DNA from: Basidiobolus meristosporus CBS 931.73
Taxonomy: Eukaryota > Fungi > Basidiobolomycota
Direction: 5' to 3'
DNA length: 64,000 nt
Assembly: GCA_002104905.1 (NCBI GenBank)
Contig: MCFE01000014.1
Location: 193,941-257,940 of the forward strand
Shown: positions 23,455 through 36,647 of the stretch, one piece after another
How the letters are laid out: every line of letters starts with the position of its first letter
Position numbering within the stretch: position 1 is the stretch's first letter
Translations under genes and position numbers: made by a program
The notes under the pieces: model-generated
What the model was told of the DNA's origin: nothing
Seen by the model: only the letters and a program-made list of their open reading frames with translations
Database searches by the model: none

Positions 23455-25317
23455 CTATCCCGATGGCCTATATTGCCTGAAACTGAACCCACCAGTTCTG
23501 GTCTATCTTTGGGAATATCTACACTACACCCTCTAATATTATCAATAAACTGTTATCCCTAGGACTCGTTCGTTCGTGGTTCCTTGCGATGGAGAGATGA
23601 TGAGCATATTTTCAAGTAATGGTCCTAGTCCATGTTAAATTCAAATATGGCAAGACTCAAAAAGCGTACAGAGCTGGTACTTCGACTAAAGATGGCAACT
23701 TTTCGGTGGTGCCCAGGTATTGTGAGCCACGTGCAAAATACCCAAATCTGTTTGAATTGTGGCCACTGCTTTTCGAGTAGTTCATCTGACATGGTTTCAT
23801 AGGGAAACGGAACAGTTCCCATATGCGGTTTGTACCTTGCTTTAGATCCGATGTATTTTTGTACGATGACGTCTTACAAAGTTCGGGAATTGAAAGTGGA
23901 TGCATATCATGTTCGTGCATGCATCAGATTAAGTACAATAATTAATATATATGGGTTAAGTCGACTTCGTGAAGCTGATTAATTCTTATGCATGACTTGT
24001 AGCCACATTAGCATCATCTTGCATGACCTCAATGCCGGTTGATATATACAAAGCGTAATCACACTGGATTGAATTCCCATTCTGATATATTTGCCATATG
24101 GTTTCGTACATGACTGGTGGACGTGAAGGCCTTTTATTGCTGATCGGAGAATTCTCCAAATTTTCGCAAAGGGCTCCGGGGTCTTGAGATGTGTAAATAG
24201 ATGGGAAATGTGACTTGTATGTTAAAGGGTTGATAAGGCAAAGAATGTGTTTGCATCTAGGATTCGCGTAAGTTTTGGAAACTACTCGCAAACTATTATA
24301 TAAATGGTTACTAGCGTCTTGTACGAAAGACTTTTAACATATACCAGTAACGCAAGGAAACTTCTGAATAACCTGACTCTACCACATAAAATGAGCATGA
24401 ATAGGTAAAAATAACAATCTATATTGCAAATCAGTAATTACATTCCTATAATCGCTGAAGTTTATTTGCTATCAACTACCTCATGCCTAGACATCGTTGT
24501 TATGCTAATCGGGGTTATGCTTGTAGTGCTGGAGACTGACAATGAGTATTCAAGTTCTGATGCCTTGGAATTTTTATTTCTGGCAAGTACCAGTTTTTAT
24601 TTTAAATCATAATCATTTAGCCACATGTTTGCCATGTAAGGGCAAATAAATGATCAGATCACCATGTGGTATTCTCCAAGCTATCAATGGTTGTACTTTG
24701 AGTTAATTCTGTGCATCTGTAAAACCTCAACAACTCTTGCAAACTGATGGCCATTAATTTTCAACATCATTACTTTCAGCAGTAGTAGCAGTCAGAAACA
24801 TACCCATATGATAAAACTTACAGACTTGAGTAATAGTGAGTGGCCTTCATAGAGCTTTCAATTTTTTTTTGCTCTTAGTCACTTGTATACACTGTATTTG
24901 ATGCTTTGAAAACCTGCATATACTGTAATATGGCTTGCAAGGTCCAAACTTTGAGTAACAAGCCCACTCTCTTAAGAATAGACCTCACTTCTTTTAGCCA
25001 CTTTCACAAAGCATAATACTTGCAGTGAGCATATCTCTTCACTTTGAAGCTGAAAAAGTATCATTGTTTATTTGCTTGCCATTACTGTTACATACTAATT
25101 AGTGACATGGCTGGCTCTAAACATAAGCACCAGAATTACTGAGACTACATAACTATTTTCTGCTCAACCTTAAATGGCACTCATGCACCCATTCCCCTAT
25201 GAGAAAAGATTACTAGGTACCAGCTTAACACCAGCAGAAATCCAACTTACCCAAGGTTACAACTTTCAATAGGAGAAGTTCTAGCATTATTGGAGACAAA
25301 TAGCCGTATGCTCTCAA

Positions 25318-25357
25318 TGTTGTAAGAGTCTTGGAGATATTACAAATTTTTACAACA
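25318..25357. repeat. 40-bp internally deleted solo LTR (both termini only)
   Basis: TGTTGTAAGAGTCTTGGAGATATT fused to ACAAATTTTTACAACA; flanks CTCAA/CTGAA (TSD with one mismatch). Confidence 0.75.
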
Positions 25358-25539
25358 CTGAAAAGTACTGTGGCTGGGTAAACCTTTTGCAACGTATCAA
25401 AGTAGTCAGCACATTGTCTCCTGCAACATGAAAATTGAATCTAAAGCTCAATGGGGCTTCAGCATAATACAATATGATATTCAAGTTTGGTATTTCTCAG
25501 TGTTCATTCTGTACCAATTCAAAATGCTTGTTATCACCC

Positions 25540-27110
25540 TATCCCTGTTATAGCATTTGTACTTCACCTAAATATTTGCTTGACTCAGTCATTATGATTA
25601 TAGTCTGCAAATCTGAGAATATCTTGGGCAGATTTCTTGTTGGGATTTACTTGACATGGTTTGCCAAAGTATCATATATCCTTAACATGCAGATCTCTGT
25701 TATAAATTTTGTGATTACACCTAAGTTTTCCCCTAACTTAGTCACTTAGACCAATACATATATATCTTAGAGAATTCTGACCAGATTCTTAGTTGGGATT
25801 CACTCAGAATATTTTCACCAAAATACCAAGTACCCAGTCCAAACCATGTAAAACTCAAGTATCACTTTCACAGTCAATAAATTATCAAGTGAAAGCCACA
25901 TAACCTGGTTGTTCTCCCAATCATTTCTAGCAATCCCAGTTTTTCAGGGGTTGTAAGAGTCTTGGAGATATTGGAAGTGATTTGGGAGGACAAGTAGATT
26001 ATGTGGTTTTCACTTAATGATTTATTGAATGTAAAAGTAGTATTTATACTTTTACATGGTCTTGGCATTAAAAACACGTAGAATAGGTTACGCAAGGTCC
26101 CAAGAACATGTGTGCAAAGTTTGGGGCTGTTTGGACAACTTTGAGAATTTTCATGTTCTGGATACCTGGTAATTTGGTGAAAATATTCCAAATAAATCCC
26201 GACAAGGAATTTGGTCAGTATTCTCTAGGATTTGAAGGTGATGATCTATGTGACTAAGTTAGGGGAGTATTTAGGTGGAATTCCGAATTTTTACAACATC
26301 AGGGAGTAATCTTAATATTGGAAGTGATATCAGCAGCAAGTTCATCAAGTGTACAGTTGGAGCTGTATGCTAGCATTATCCCAACAAACTGATAATATAA
26401 GACTCTGGGGAGTTTTGGACGTGATTTGGAGAAATAGAGGCACTGCGTTATGACCACTCATTTTTAGATAGAGTGTAAGTACAGTGAGTATTTTCAAGAG
26501 AGTTTATAATGATTATGATAAAATATCTTCAGGGTGCTCCAAGGAAGCTATATGCAAAATCTGGGGGCTTTTGGAAAGCTCCGAGAGCTTTATATTCTGG
26601 GTACTTGACATTGTGGTTGACCATTCTAAGTGAGCTCTGATAAAGAGTCTGGACTGCTGATAATAAGGTTCATAAATCTGTTGTAAGAGCTTCGCAGATA
26701 TTGGAAGTGATTGGGAGGATAAGTGCTTGCATATGACATTTGAAAATATATCTGTATCCACTTCATTAGTTAGACAGTTTGATAAGTAAAATTTCTTACC
26801 CCTCCTAGTAAATTGTGTGTGTTTTGCCAAGACCATGTAAAGGTATAAATCCCACTATTACATTGAGTTACTCATGGAGTGAAAGACACATAATTCATTT
26901 GTTCTCCTAACCAATTCCAACATCTTAAAGATTCTCATAACAGCGAAGGCCGATTTTTCATCTAATAATGCTTGTTACCTACTTTGATGTTAATCATTGA
27001 ATTCATAAGCTGCCAAAATCTTTACCGGTAAGCAATATTAACGTGAAAAGTATTGTACAGGTTGCAAGGTTTTTGGGGGTATTGGAAGTGATCTGGACCT
27101 GAAGATTAGT
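25540..27110. repeat. Cluster of older degenerate Copia LTR fragments in both orientations
   Basis: Recurrent LTR motifs (CACCTAAATATT, GTTGGGATTTACTT, TATTGGAAGTGAT, GCCAAGACCATGTAAA) at roughly 25560, 25700-25945, 26310-26640, 26680-26945 and 27060. Confidence 0.7.
25949..26298 (-). repeat. Solo LTR (family A), 350 bp
   Basis: (G)GTTGTAAG...TTACAACA with perfect TSD TCAGG (25944-25948, 26299-26303). Confidence 0.92.
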
Positions 27111-27904
27111 ATGAGAATCACTTACTTGCTTACAAACCAGGTCTGTCGATAATTCATCATTTAGCTACCGGCTGAATAGAAACGATATATAATTAATTTG
27201 AGGGCGAAACTGGAAAATTTTAACAACGCATATCCAATTGTAAGTGATTTTCCGACATGAAACACATGAGAATTACAATTTTTGACAAAAGTCACCGATC
27301 TTTTGGAACGATGGGTGTGCCCCCAATCATCCTACTGTAGCATACATTATATACCGTACATTGTTTCAGTCAATATGATAAATTCGGATCAAGTCAGGAT
27401 TCCAACTAAGGTTGTTGAGATGCGTGGTTAGGCTACTTGCACGCAATATCCAATGCGCAGTTTTGTGTGCATAGGGCAATAAGCCCATAGTAACCACCAC
27501 ATTGCTGTTCATGGTTGGAGAATGTTGAGGCCATCTGCCATTGGCGGAGAGTGGCAGCGATCCTGATTCATCGGGTGGATCAATTGAGGGGTTTAACAAC
27601 GTGCATACAACCCATGAAAACGGAGGTAGCGCTTATGAGAGAGTGGCACGTACTAGTTTGGGTACTCAACCCTTCCAGAATGACCACGAAATGCCACATC
27701 AATTGGTGCACTGACAAGCAAGCAAGCTCAAATTGATCCATGGTTGGTATAGGCCCAGATACTGATTAGATGTTTTTGGGGAAGGGAGCTGATGCTATTA
27801 GCTCGATTTCCCGATGTGTAGGTTACACCGGAACCTCAAATATATTCTTGGTCGGACGACGAATCGAGCTTCTTGGCTTCTCTCTGTTGCTATCAACCTC
27901 GACC

Positions 27905-28869
27905 ATGAGTGATTTTCAAAGCTACCTGCCCCTCGCTTTGGCCATTCTTGTGGCCGTCGGCTCCACCGTCTACTTCGTTAGCTCTAAAGTGAAGAGTAGG
28001 TACCTTCCTTGGTAACTTTCATCCGGGTTGAACACTGACGCCCTCTCCCTTTGCACAGAGCCTGTTCTTGATAAACTCAAGTTCCAAAAGTTTCCCCTTG
28101 TTGAGAAGAAGATCATCTCTCACAACACAGCCATGTAAGCCTCTCCATCGCTGAGGACTGGAGTAATTGAACCAAACTAATCCCCTGTGTATTTAGCTAT
28201 CGCTTCGGCCTACCCAAGGAAGATGATGTTCTTGGATTACCTATCGGCCAACACATCTCCGTCATGGCCTCCGTTGATGGCAAGGAGGTGATGAGAAGCT
28301 ACACCCCCACTAGCTCTGATGATGATCGCGGTCACTTCGATCTGCTTATCAAGACCTACCCCAATGGAAACCTCTCTCGTGTGTTCTCTGACCTCAAGCT
28401 CGGAGATACATTGAATGTCCGTGGGCCCAAAGGAAACTTCACCTACACTCCAGGCCTGGTCAAATCATTCGGCATGATCGCCGGTGGAACCGGAATCACC
28501 CCTATGTACCAAATCATCAAAGCCATCCTGAAAAACCCTAAGGACAAGACCCAGATCAACCTCATCTTCGCCAACGTCAACCAAGAGGATATTCTGCTCA
28601 AGGATGAATTGGATGCGCTTTCCAAGAAGCATGACAACTTCAACCTTCATTATGTCTTGAACACCCCGCCTGAGGGTTGGACCGGTGGGGTTGGATTTGT
28701 CACTCAAGAGATGATTAAGGAGTGGTGCCCGGCGCCTAGCTCTGATACTAAGGTTCTGCTCTGTGGTCCTCCTCCCATGGTGAAGGCCATGAGCGGTTAT
28801 TGCGTTGACCTCGGTTTTGAAAAGCCTAGAGCCATTTCAAAACTGGAAGACCAAATCTTCAAGTTCTAA
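27905..28869 (+). CDS. CBR1: NADH-cytochrome b5 reductase
   Basis: Exons 27905-27995, 28059-28134, 28197-28869; N-terminal TM; [33 protein letters not shown]. Confidence 0.95.
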
Positions 28870-29093
28870 GTATGCACATTCTCTGAATCATGTGGTTCAA
28901 GGGGAATTCCAGTACCTTGAAAAATGAACTTTCAACTGATATCATCCCCCTCCCCACTGCGTTTATTATGCTTAATAAAGTTTCGTTTGCATTATTCTTG
29001 GGTTGTTTTGGCGTGGGATGAGCGATGTATGTAGAACCGGTCATAATCTAAGGGGGTCATGAATGAAGGGCCATCACTTGCTTCGGGTGGGGC

Positions 29094-30092
29094 TTACATT
29101 TCTTCCAGATCGCTCAAATCATCGAAGTCTTCCTCTGGGAAGTCTCCAACGACCACCTTGTTTGGTCTAACGAATGCGCCATAGTTCGATGGACATTCGA
29201 AGTACCGCTCTCCTTCCACACTTCCATCATTCTTACCAAGTGGTTCGTCGTACTGCACCCCGACCCAAATGCCCGATTTGAATTTGGTTTCACCTAAGAG
29301 TGAGTTTAGTTCATGTTGTGGAAGAGTAGAGCAGTCGGCGTTTCTTGACGTACCTACAAAGCGGACGGTTCCTCGACGCTTCAGCTCCCCGCTCCCAATC
29401 TCCACTTCACAGCGATCCCCGACGTGGATATTGACCGCTAGCTCCTCATATTCTACGTTGGAATCGGCCTCGGAGGCAGAGCGAGAGTCAGAGAAACGGC
29501 CAAGTTTGTTGCGTTGTTTGAAGGCAAGGACAGAGTCTAAAAGGAATATATAAGGATAAATGACATTGCGAATCTCGTAAAACTTGGCTCCGTAAAAAGC
29601 CCGAACCAGTGCATTCTATTGAACCAACCAACCTGACCGCTTCTCGTATTCTTCTTGTGGAAGCTCGTACTTTTCAACCAAGGACAAATCAGTGTATTGA
29701 TTCTTGATACGATTAGGGTTGGTATCGTTCACCTAGAGAGCAAATACAAAGTTCGGGCCGGTTAAATCGAAGTGATCAGGCATAGAATTATAAGACGACC
29801 TACTTGTAATGTCATGTAATTTTCTACTGGGTAGGCACCCAACATAATCTCATCGTTACCCTCCAGGGAACCGATCAAAGCTTCTCCATTATACAAACTC
29901 AGGCGTTGGCTCTCGGCGGGAATGCCAGTGATTGGTTCAAGCTTGATCTGTTGCGAAATAAACCATCAGTGAAACCGCAAGATTGGTAAAAGGCGGTCTC
30001 TCTACCTTAAGTTGGGAGATGGTAAGAGCTTTATCGAAACGACGCTCGGAATTGGAACTCTCACTAGTAACGAATAGAATGACGACGCTCAT
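29094..30092 (-). CDS. TBCB: Tubulin-folding cofactor B (Ubl + CAP-Gly), multi-exon
   Basis: N-terminal [24 protein letters not shown]; C-terminal CAP-Gly [31 protein letters not shown]; acidic EEM end. Confidence 0.9.
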
Positions 30093-31865
30093 GTTGGCTA
30101 CGTTGTAGAGTGTAGTACTGTGAATCAACAGAAAAGTAACTAATCAGCTCTAGTTTACCACCTCGAATTTAGGTCTGATGATGTTACAAAATGATACGAG
30201 TCTGATTGGTCCCCTTCATCACGATATAGGCAACTGCTCGCCCCTTTTCTATGGCATTCTCTTGGTTTCGGTCGGCCATGCCCATCCACTACCAATTAAC
30301 CCAAAGATCAGCGAAATCTCAGAGATCGGTCTTATATCACCAAATAGCTGTCGCTTGCAGTCAAAGTCCATGAGGAGCTACTTTGGCTCAATGTGATAGC
30401 GAGCTGTGTTAGACCTTCTTGTCTCAATGTCTGCATGGTTAATATATGGTAACGCAAACAATGGAAACATGCAACACTAAAGCCATTATGAATTTAGTCA
30501 ATTGTGTGAAGATCATCCTAGTGTATTCTGAAGTCCAACATTGGTGTTGGTTGTCAAGCCCATCCATCCTCTAGACTAGCCACCTCTCCCCTGACGGGGC
30601 CATATTCACGTGAGAAATGAAAATCTTTTGTACCTCGCATCCCCTGGGTTACAACAGCAGAGGTCTATTGTAGAATAGACAGGTCAATATAGGTTGATTC
30701 TACTCTGCATGCCATATACAATTGCCAGCACTCAATAAGGCATGAGTTCCTGGCCTATCATGGAAGCTGAAGAACCACTGCAGGCAGCAATCGGAAAAGC
30801 TGATTTTTGTAGCCCAGGGGAATAAATCTTGAAAGGCCCAAGGTTAATTGCAATATATGACATATTGGACTGTCCTACGAGACAAACAAACAAAAGGCAG
30901 GCCTCTATACATCGAAACCACCTGTAATGGAACAAACCCCCTGCCCCGCTATCTATACAAGCGAGAGCTGCTCAAACCTATTATCTAAGGACTAACCAAT
31001 GTGCAGTATCCATATAGGTAGCCCAAACTCCTGATTGACTCTACGGGTGGCAGCTCGTCAAAATAACCCACTGTCGCATATTAATCGTACCTTTCAAAGC
31101 ACACCTAGCCGCGTGTAACCTAGTCACCACGTTACCACTTCAAAATATGAGTGCGCGTGGTAAGTGCCAACCTTTGCTTAGATCATGGATGGCGCAAGCA
31201 TTTTACATTGATTTCATTTAAAGGGAAATCTGGTTGGTGCGATGGTGCGAAGGAAACGGAGTCAATCACGTGACCGGACCCAATATCTCTCACATTGGGG
31301 AGTGAAGTATTCAACCGCAAACACCCAGCTTCGAGCTGGATTTTTTTCACACTTTCTCTCATGTTCAATGCCATAAATATGATCTTTGAGTACCACCACA
31401 ATCGCTGACATTGATTGGAAACTGATTCATATATATATACTGGTCAATAGTAGTGGGGATTCTCCCCCTTTGTCCCCAATAAGAGGCGACGTCCATAATC
31501 GATGGGGTCATTCAGATAATTAAGCCGAATCCTACTCACCAGTGGTCACCATAAATCATCAATATAGTAATGGCGAGGGTAGTCTAAAATATTACATCGC
31601 AATGATCCCATCGGGAGTACTGCGGATCACCATTGGATCAAACCAAATGGCAACCATCCCGAAACTTTTTCTTGGTTTCAGCGGATATGTATGGAATTAA
31701 TGCAGAAAATGGCGATGGTTGGGTAAGGGTATAGGATTCCCCTGACGGCTGCTATATAAATGGGCCATGGATCAATATGAAATTGGTTCAAACTTTCATC
31801 TGTGAAGTTGCTTGTAAATTAGATTTTCTCCCCTCCTCTTCATTTCATTTTTCACTTCGCACAGT

Positions 31866-32393
31866 ATGAAATTTTGTCAGACCTCTCATCGCTTTACTCA
31901 TAGTTGGGAACAAGTCTCTGCTGGCTGGTGGCAAAAATACCCCAACGAGAACGCTCCTCATGTTGTCAGTGTGGATGTTATTAACCATGAGGTTGATCCA
32001 AAAACCGGTATCATTCGTACCGAGCGTCTTGTTGCGTGCCAGCAAAACGTCCCAACATTAATCAAGAAGATCTTCGGGGCTGACGACGTTTCATACGCTC
32101 GCGAAATCGTCGAGGTGGACCCCAAGGCCAAAACCTTCACCGTCTTCTCTCGTAACCTCACCGGTAGCGACCTTCTCGCCATGGAGGAGACCGTGATATA
32201 TACTCCCGATCCTACCGATTCCACCAAAACCCTCTTGACCCAAGAAGCACAATTCACCGCGCTCACCCGCTTCTCCAGCTACGTGGAGGATTTTTGTGTC
32301 AAGCGATTCAGAGACAACGCCGCCGTGGGTCGCGAAGGGTTCGAGTCCGTTTTGAACCGACTCTTCGCCGGAAAGCAAGCCGCCACTCTTTAA
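31866..32393 (+). CDS. UPS2: PRELI/MSF1-family mitochondrial intermembrane-space lipid transfer protein
   Basis: HSWEQVSAGWWQKYPNE..PHVVSVDV, RTERL, SRNLT; 175 aa, intronless. Confidence 0.85.
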   Translation: MKFCQTSHRFTHSWEQVSAGWWQKYPNENAPHVVSVDVINHEVDPKTGIIRTERLVACQQNVPTLIKKIFGADDVSYAREIVEVDPKAKTFTVFSRNLTGSDLLAMEETVIYTPDPTDSTKTLLTQEAQFTALTRFSSYVEDFCVKRFRDNAAVGREGFESVLNRLFAGKQAATL

Positions 32394-33637
32394 TTGTTTA
32401 TTTGAAACAGCACATTCACATCCCCAATTCATTAGACTTGCATTTATAAACCTCATCGGCATCTTCCTTCTACACTGCATAGTTCCTCCCCCGTTTATTT
32501 TACCTTTTCCTGCCAACATCAACCTATCCGTATGGAAATGATGTAGTATAATTATCACTCGTGGGCTGCACATTCGTAATCAGACATTGAAAATAAATCA
32601 GAAATTTCACTCCTATTCATTGCTACACACCTATTCTACCCACCCGCACTTACACCCCAGGACAAAGCAGTGATCGCTGCACAGGGATAAATGTGGATAA
32701 ATTAATGGATTTACTGGTTCTTTTTCACTCACAAACATTGGGGTTGGAGGGATGCATCTGCGAGGCTCCCAAGCGGGGTTTTGCCGATACCGATTCGGCT
32801 GGCATGTGAAAGTTCCACTTCGCCTCAAAGCATATCGGCATTTATGGTAAAAAACGGTGGGTGGGGAAATAGAGTAGAGCGTACCAAAAAAAAAGCCTCG
32901 TGTCGTATTTAGGCCCCTCCAATCTGAAGGAAAGTTCCATTTTTGTAGCCTCACCAATTTACTTGATTTCATTGAGCAACGGATCCAGTGGGTTTGGGTG
33001 GGCGAATCGGATCTCACTGCTTCTCACCCTAATCAAGCCGGTGCCCTGGCCTACCTGCTTTTGGAGACGGCGGGTGATGGCAAGGGTTGCACCAATACTA
33101 GTGTGGACGAGACAGTTGGCTCTGCGTGTATCGGGAATATGTAGCTATAACCTGAACAGTGAACGTCCCCGCCTCGTATCCATATTGGACCTTGACTCTT
33201 TTTCAGTTTGCGGAAAAAAAATAAAATCTCTGCTCACATGGTAGGCTGGATGATGGAGATGCTGCTTCCGTATGGAGGTCCTCATGGTCTCTGTGGTGGC
33301 AGCTAATATCAGATGGCAATTGCTCACTGTTCTTCTCTTGTGCTCCGCATGCTCGTTTCGGTTCGTATTACCGATGCTCATATTTGGAGGCAGTCATACA
33401 TCAATAGAACCATTTCAAACTTCGCCAGTCAAAAAGCCTTCGAATTTAATGGATATGGCGAATAGATCCACCTGCACATATTTAGCCCCCCAGTATATTA
33501 TCGAGAAACCGCGGGTTTATTGCCGGTAGTTCTCACTCCATCTAATGTCTAAGTTTGTCCAACAAATATACATATTCCTTAGCTCGGATCTATATACAAT
33601 ACTGGTGGGCCTGGCGACGCTCCAATACGACATTTTC

Positions 33638-36327
33638 CTAATTCGCCTTGACCCTGACTAAGCAGTGCTCAACGTCGACACCATTCGCGAGAAGCAGATC
33701 AATCCAAACCTTCTGAGTTTCCGATAACCTGTCACCTGGTCCTTTCACTTCGACAAATTTCATCTTTCTTTCGGAATAGTTCCATAAGCACAGGTCTGGT
33801 AATCCGGAGCTGCGTTGCTTATACTCTTGGGCCAATACTTTACACATTGCGGATAGTCCCCTCCCGCCAATACATTCCGCAATCTCGAGAAGGTCTTGTA
33901 TCTCGTAACCCCAGTTGATTCCAACACACTGGGTCTTGCGAGGCCTCTCTTTTTCGTCAACTTCCCTTATTAGATGCAGATAATCCCCCGCAAGGATTTT
34001 CGTTAGTCTAGTTTCGATCTCCTGCTGCCGACCTACATAGAATGCGTCAGAGTGTAAGTCCAAAGGCTCGGTCTGGTATTCGGTGTCGAAAACACCCGGC
34101 TTGGATGCAAAGAGGATGTCCCAGAAAAGCATAGAGAACAAGGTCGTGGCAATACTGCTCTCCGAGTGATACCCTAAAAAGCCCAATCCCTCGTAGTACT
34201 CGAGCGCCACTGCCTCAACAGTGCATAGGATACCATCCTGATTAACGTACAAAGCTCTGGTCTTCTCTGGGGTAACTGGGGCACGGGTTCCATATACAGT
34301 CACCTGAGTGGCTTGCTGTAGAGTGGCGTAGGAGAAGTCGTGACGCTCACTTTTTGGTATTGCCAGTTTTTTCTCAGCCCACATTATTCTCGAGTAGATG
34401 GCGTTCGTCGAGGCGAAAGGAAGTCGATCGTCATGGATCGCTTCTAGGCAGACTTCGTGGGCTTTCTTTAGTCCCTCTCGCTTGTTCTGGGTGTAGTTAG
34501 CGTGCACCAGGGCAAGTCGTTCGTACCATAAACCTCGTTTACCTAATCGAAAGATCTTCTGGTCAAGTAGTTTTCGCAACAGGATCTTTTCTCGGTCGTG
34601 GTCCTTCAGTCCTGCCATGAGCTTCACTCCATACTCCATGATGCGAGTATACACCCAACCTAAGGAATGGTAGCGATTGTGTTAGATATAGGCTCAACTG
34701 AATACATACAGAGGGGTCACCTACCAGGTGAAAATCTTAGCAGGTAATAATCTGCGTCTGGTGGGTGCTCCAGATACTCAATTAGCTGAAGCTCCCAGGG
34801 ATATATACAAGTCTCACACAATCTAAGTGCTTGCTTCCAGTCCTCTTGCTCTTTACTGTGCATGAGCTCCGAGATGGTGCGTTCCAGTCGCAGCGATTGC
34901 TCATACTCAAGGAGCTGCTTTCGTGATTTGAAAACACTGTAACTGCGGTTGACCTCATATTGAGGGAAGTTTCGGCGACCAATTTTGGCCAAGATTGTTG
35001 ACACCATCGCCTTTTCGTCGAAGGATGTTTTCCTGTAGTAAACAAGATGGATCCGAGCAAATACCTCGGTGATGTCCGCGGGTATGCGCACCAACCCTCC
35101 TTGTGTGCAGGTGTATTAATTACCGCGCTGGCTGAGTTACCGATTTTATCGGCTTACCTGTGGCTTGTAGGATTCTTTTCAGAACAAATCCCTGTCGTTG
35201 GAGCTTTCTTTCTTTGGTATTTGAAAAGAAACCAAGCTTCAGGCTTGACTGTTGGTACGCAGACTCAATAATAGCTTGAATCAACTCGTCTCTCTGCACA
35301 ACAAAGGGTTAGTTGCGAGTTCAGGCATAGAAAGCTGGACGGGAGCAGCACACCTTTTTGGAGGAGATTTTGACTGTAGACGACAGTTCTTTCCCTAAGA
35401 CCCTCAGCTCGTCCAAGTTTAAGCACCTGGATGCTTCCTCGATTGATTCTAATCTACTTTCAGTCTCCAAAAGTGGTGGGTTAGTTGAGCATAGCACATT
35501 TATACTCTCCGAAATACTATCGATGCCAGAGTAGTTGATGCTGCTAACTCGTAACCACCCAGTTTTACGCATAAATATCCGAATAAATAGGTATCGGGCG
35601 GCAACTATACAAAAGAGAATTGCTAGTTGTTAGTATTCAATTGAATTCGTGTCATGGACAGACGCCGCTCATTGTTACCATCTGAATTCCGGTAGTTGCT
35701 CACTATGTGTAGTTCCTCTTGGGTGAATAATGATTGCTCGTTACTCATCACAACATCCAGAATATTGTCAAACGCCTCAGCATAATATTCTTTTCTTCCG
35801 CTGTCAGTGATTTTGATTTCTTCCGGGTTCTCCCGGCCAATCTCACCATTATCAACACCAGGTTGGACTTCGAGGTATATCCCGGGGCTAGGTTCAGGAC
35901 TTGGCGGTTTATCGTTTGCGGGCTGGCTATCTACCTCTCTGGCTGTTGGGGGCTCGGGGGTATCAACTGATCTTCCAGAATTCTCAGAATCTTTCTCAAT
36001 GTCTACTGTATCCTCTAGTAACTCCTGTGTATCTACCGAATCGAGCGTTTGTGTTCTCTCGACGACCTCGATATCTTCCAGTTCTATTGAGCTGATCTCC
36101 TTCGAAACAGGGCTCGACCCTTGGCTGGATTTAGACAACTTGCCAGTCAGGAAGAACTCTCGTATGTCGTAAGTAGGTGAGCTTTTGTTGGGTGTAGGAG
36201 TGCGCTTTAAGCTGGCTGGCGAGTTACGCTGGCTTTTGTTTCGGCGGGTAGGAGTGTGGGTCTTGCTCTTTTTTTCGTTATCAGGGTCTACATTGGTAAG
36301 GTCTGAGCGGAGGGTTCGTTTAGGCAT
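33638..36327 (-). CDS. FAN1: Fanconi-associated nuclease 1 homolog (VRR-NUC), multi-exon
   Basis: C-terminal SGLPDLCLW...FVEVKGPGDRLSETQKVWIDLL; RGLWYERLAL; HSESSI; low-complexity N-terminus from 36327. Confidence 0.92.
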
Positions 36328-36647
36328 GGCTCAGTATTTCACCATAAAGCAATTGAGTAACTGGCTATTTACAGGCGGATAGTTGACGAGTGAACGGAAA
36401 GACGAAGGTGACACAAACGGGAAGGGGGATTGGAATATTTGATCACTTCAATGAATCGCCGCAGCTATGCAAGATAGACAGTGCTTGTATAGGAAACCTG
36501 ATTAAGTTCAGCATCGATGTTATCGAGATCAGCAAAATGACAAATACCTGGAGAGAACTGATATTCCAACAGTGGCAACTTGAGGGCCTTTTGACTCAAC
36601 AGTGAACATTCCTAACACCTTTGTTTTTCAGAAGCCTGAAGTTTATC

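Noticed and set aside
24450-25310. AT-rich decayed coding-like sequence (possible gag or hAT remnant)
   Set aside because: No motif convincing enough to assign a family.
32631-33529. Overlapping 80-130 aa ORFs between UPS2 and FAN1
   Set aside because: No recognisable domain and conflicting frames on both strands; a gene cannot be supported.
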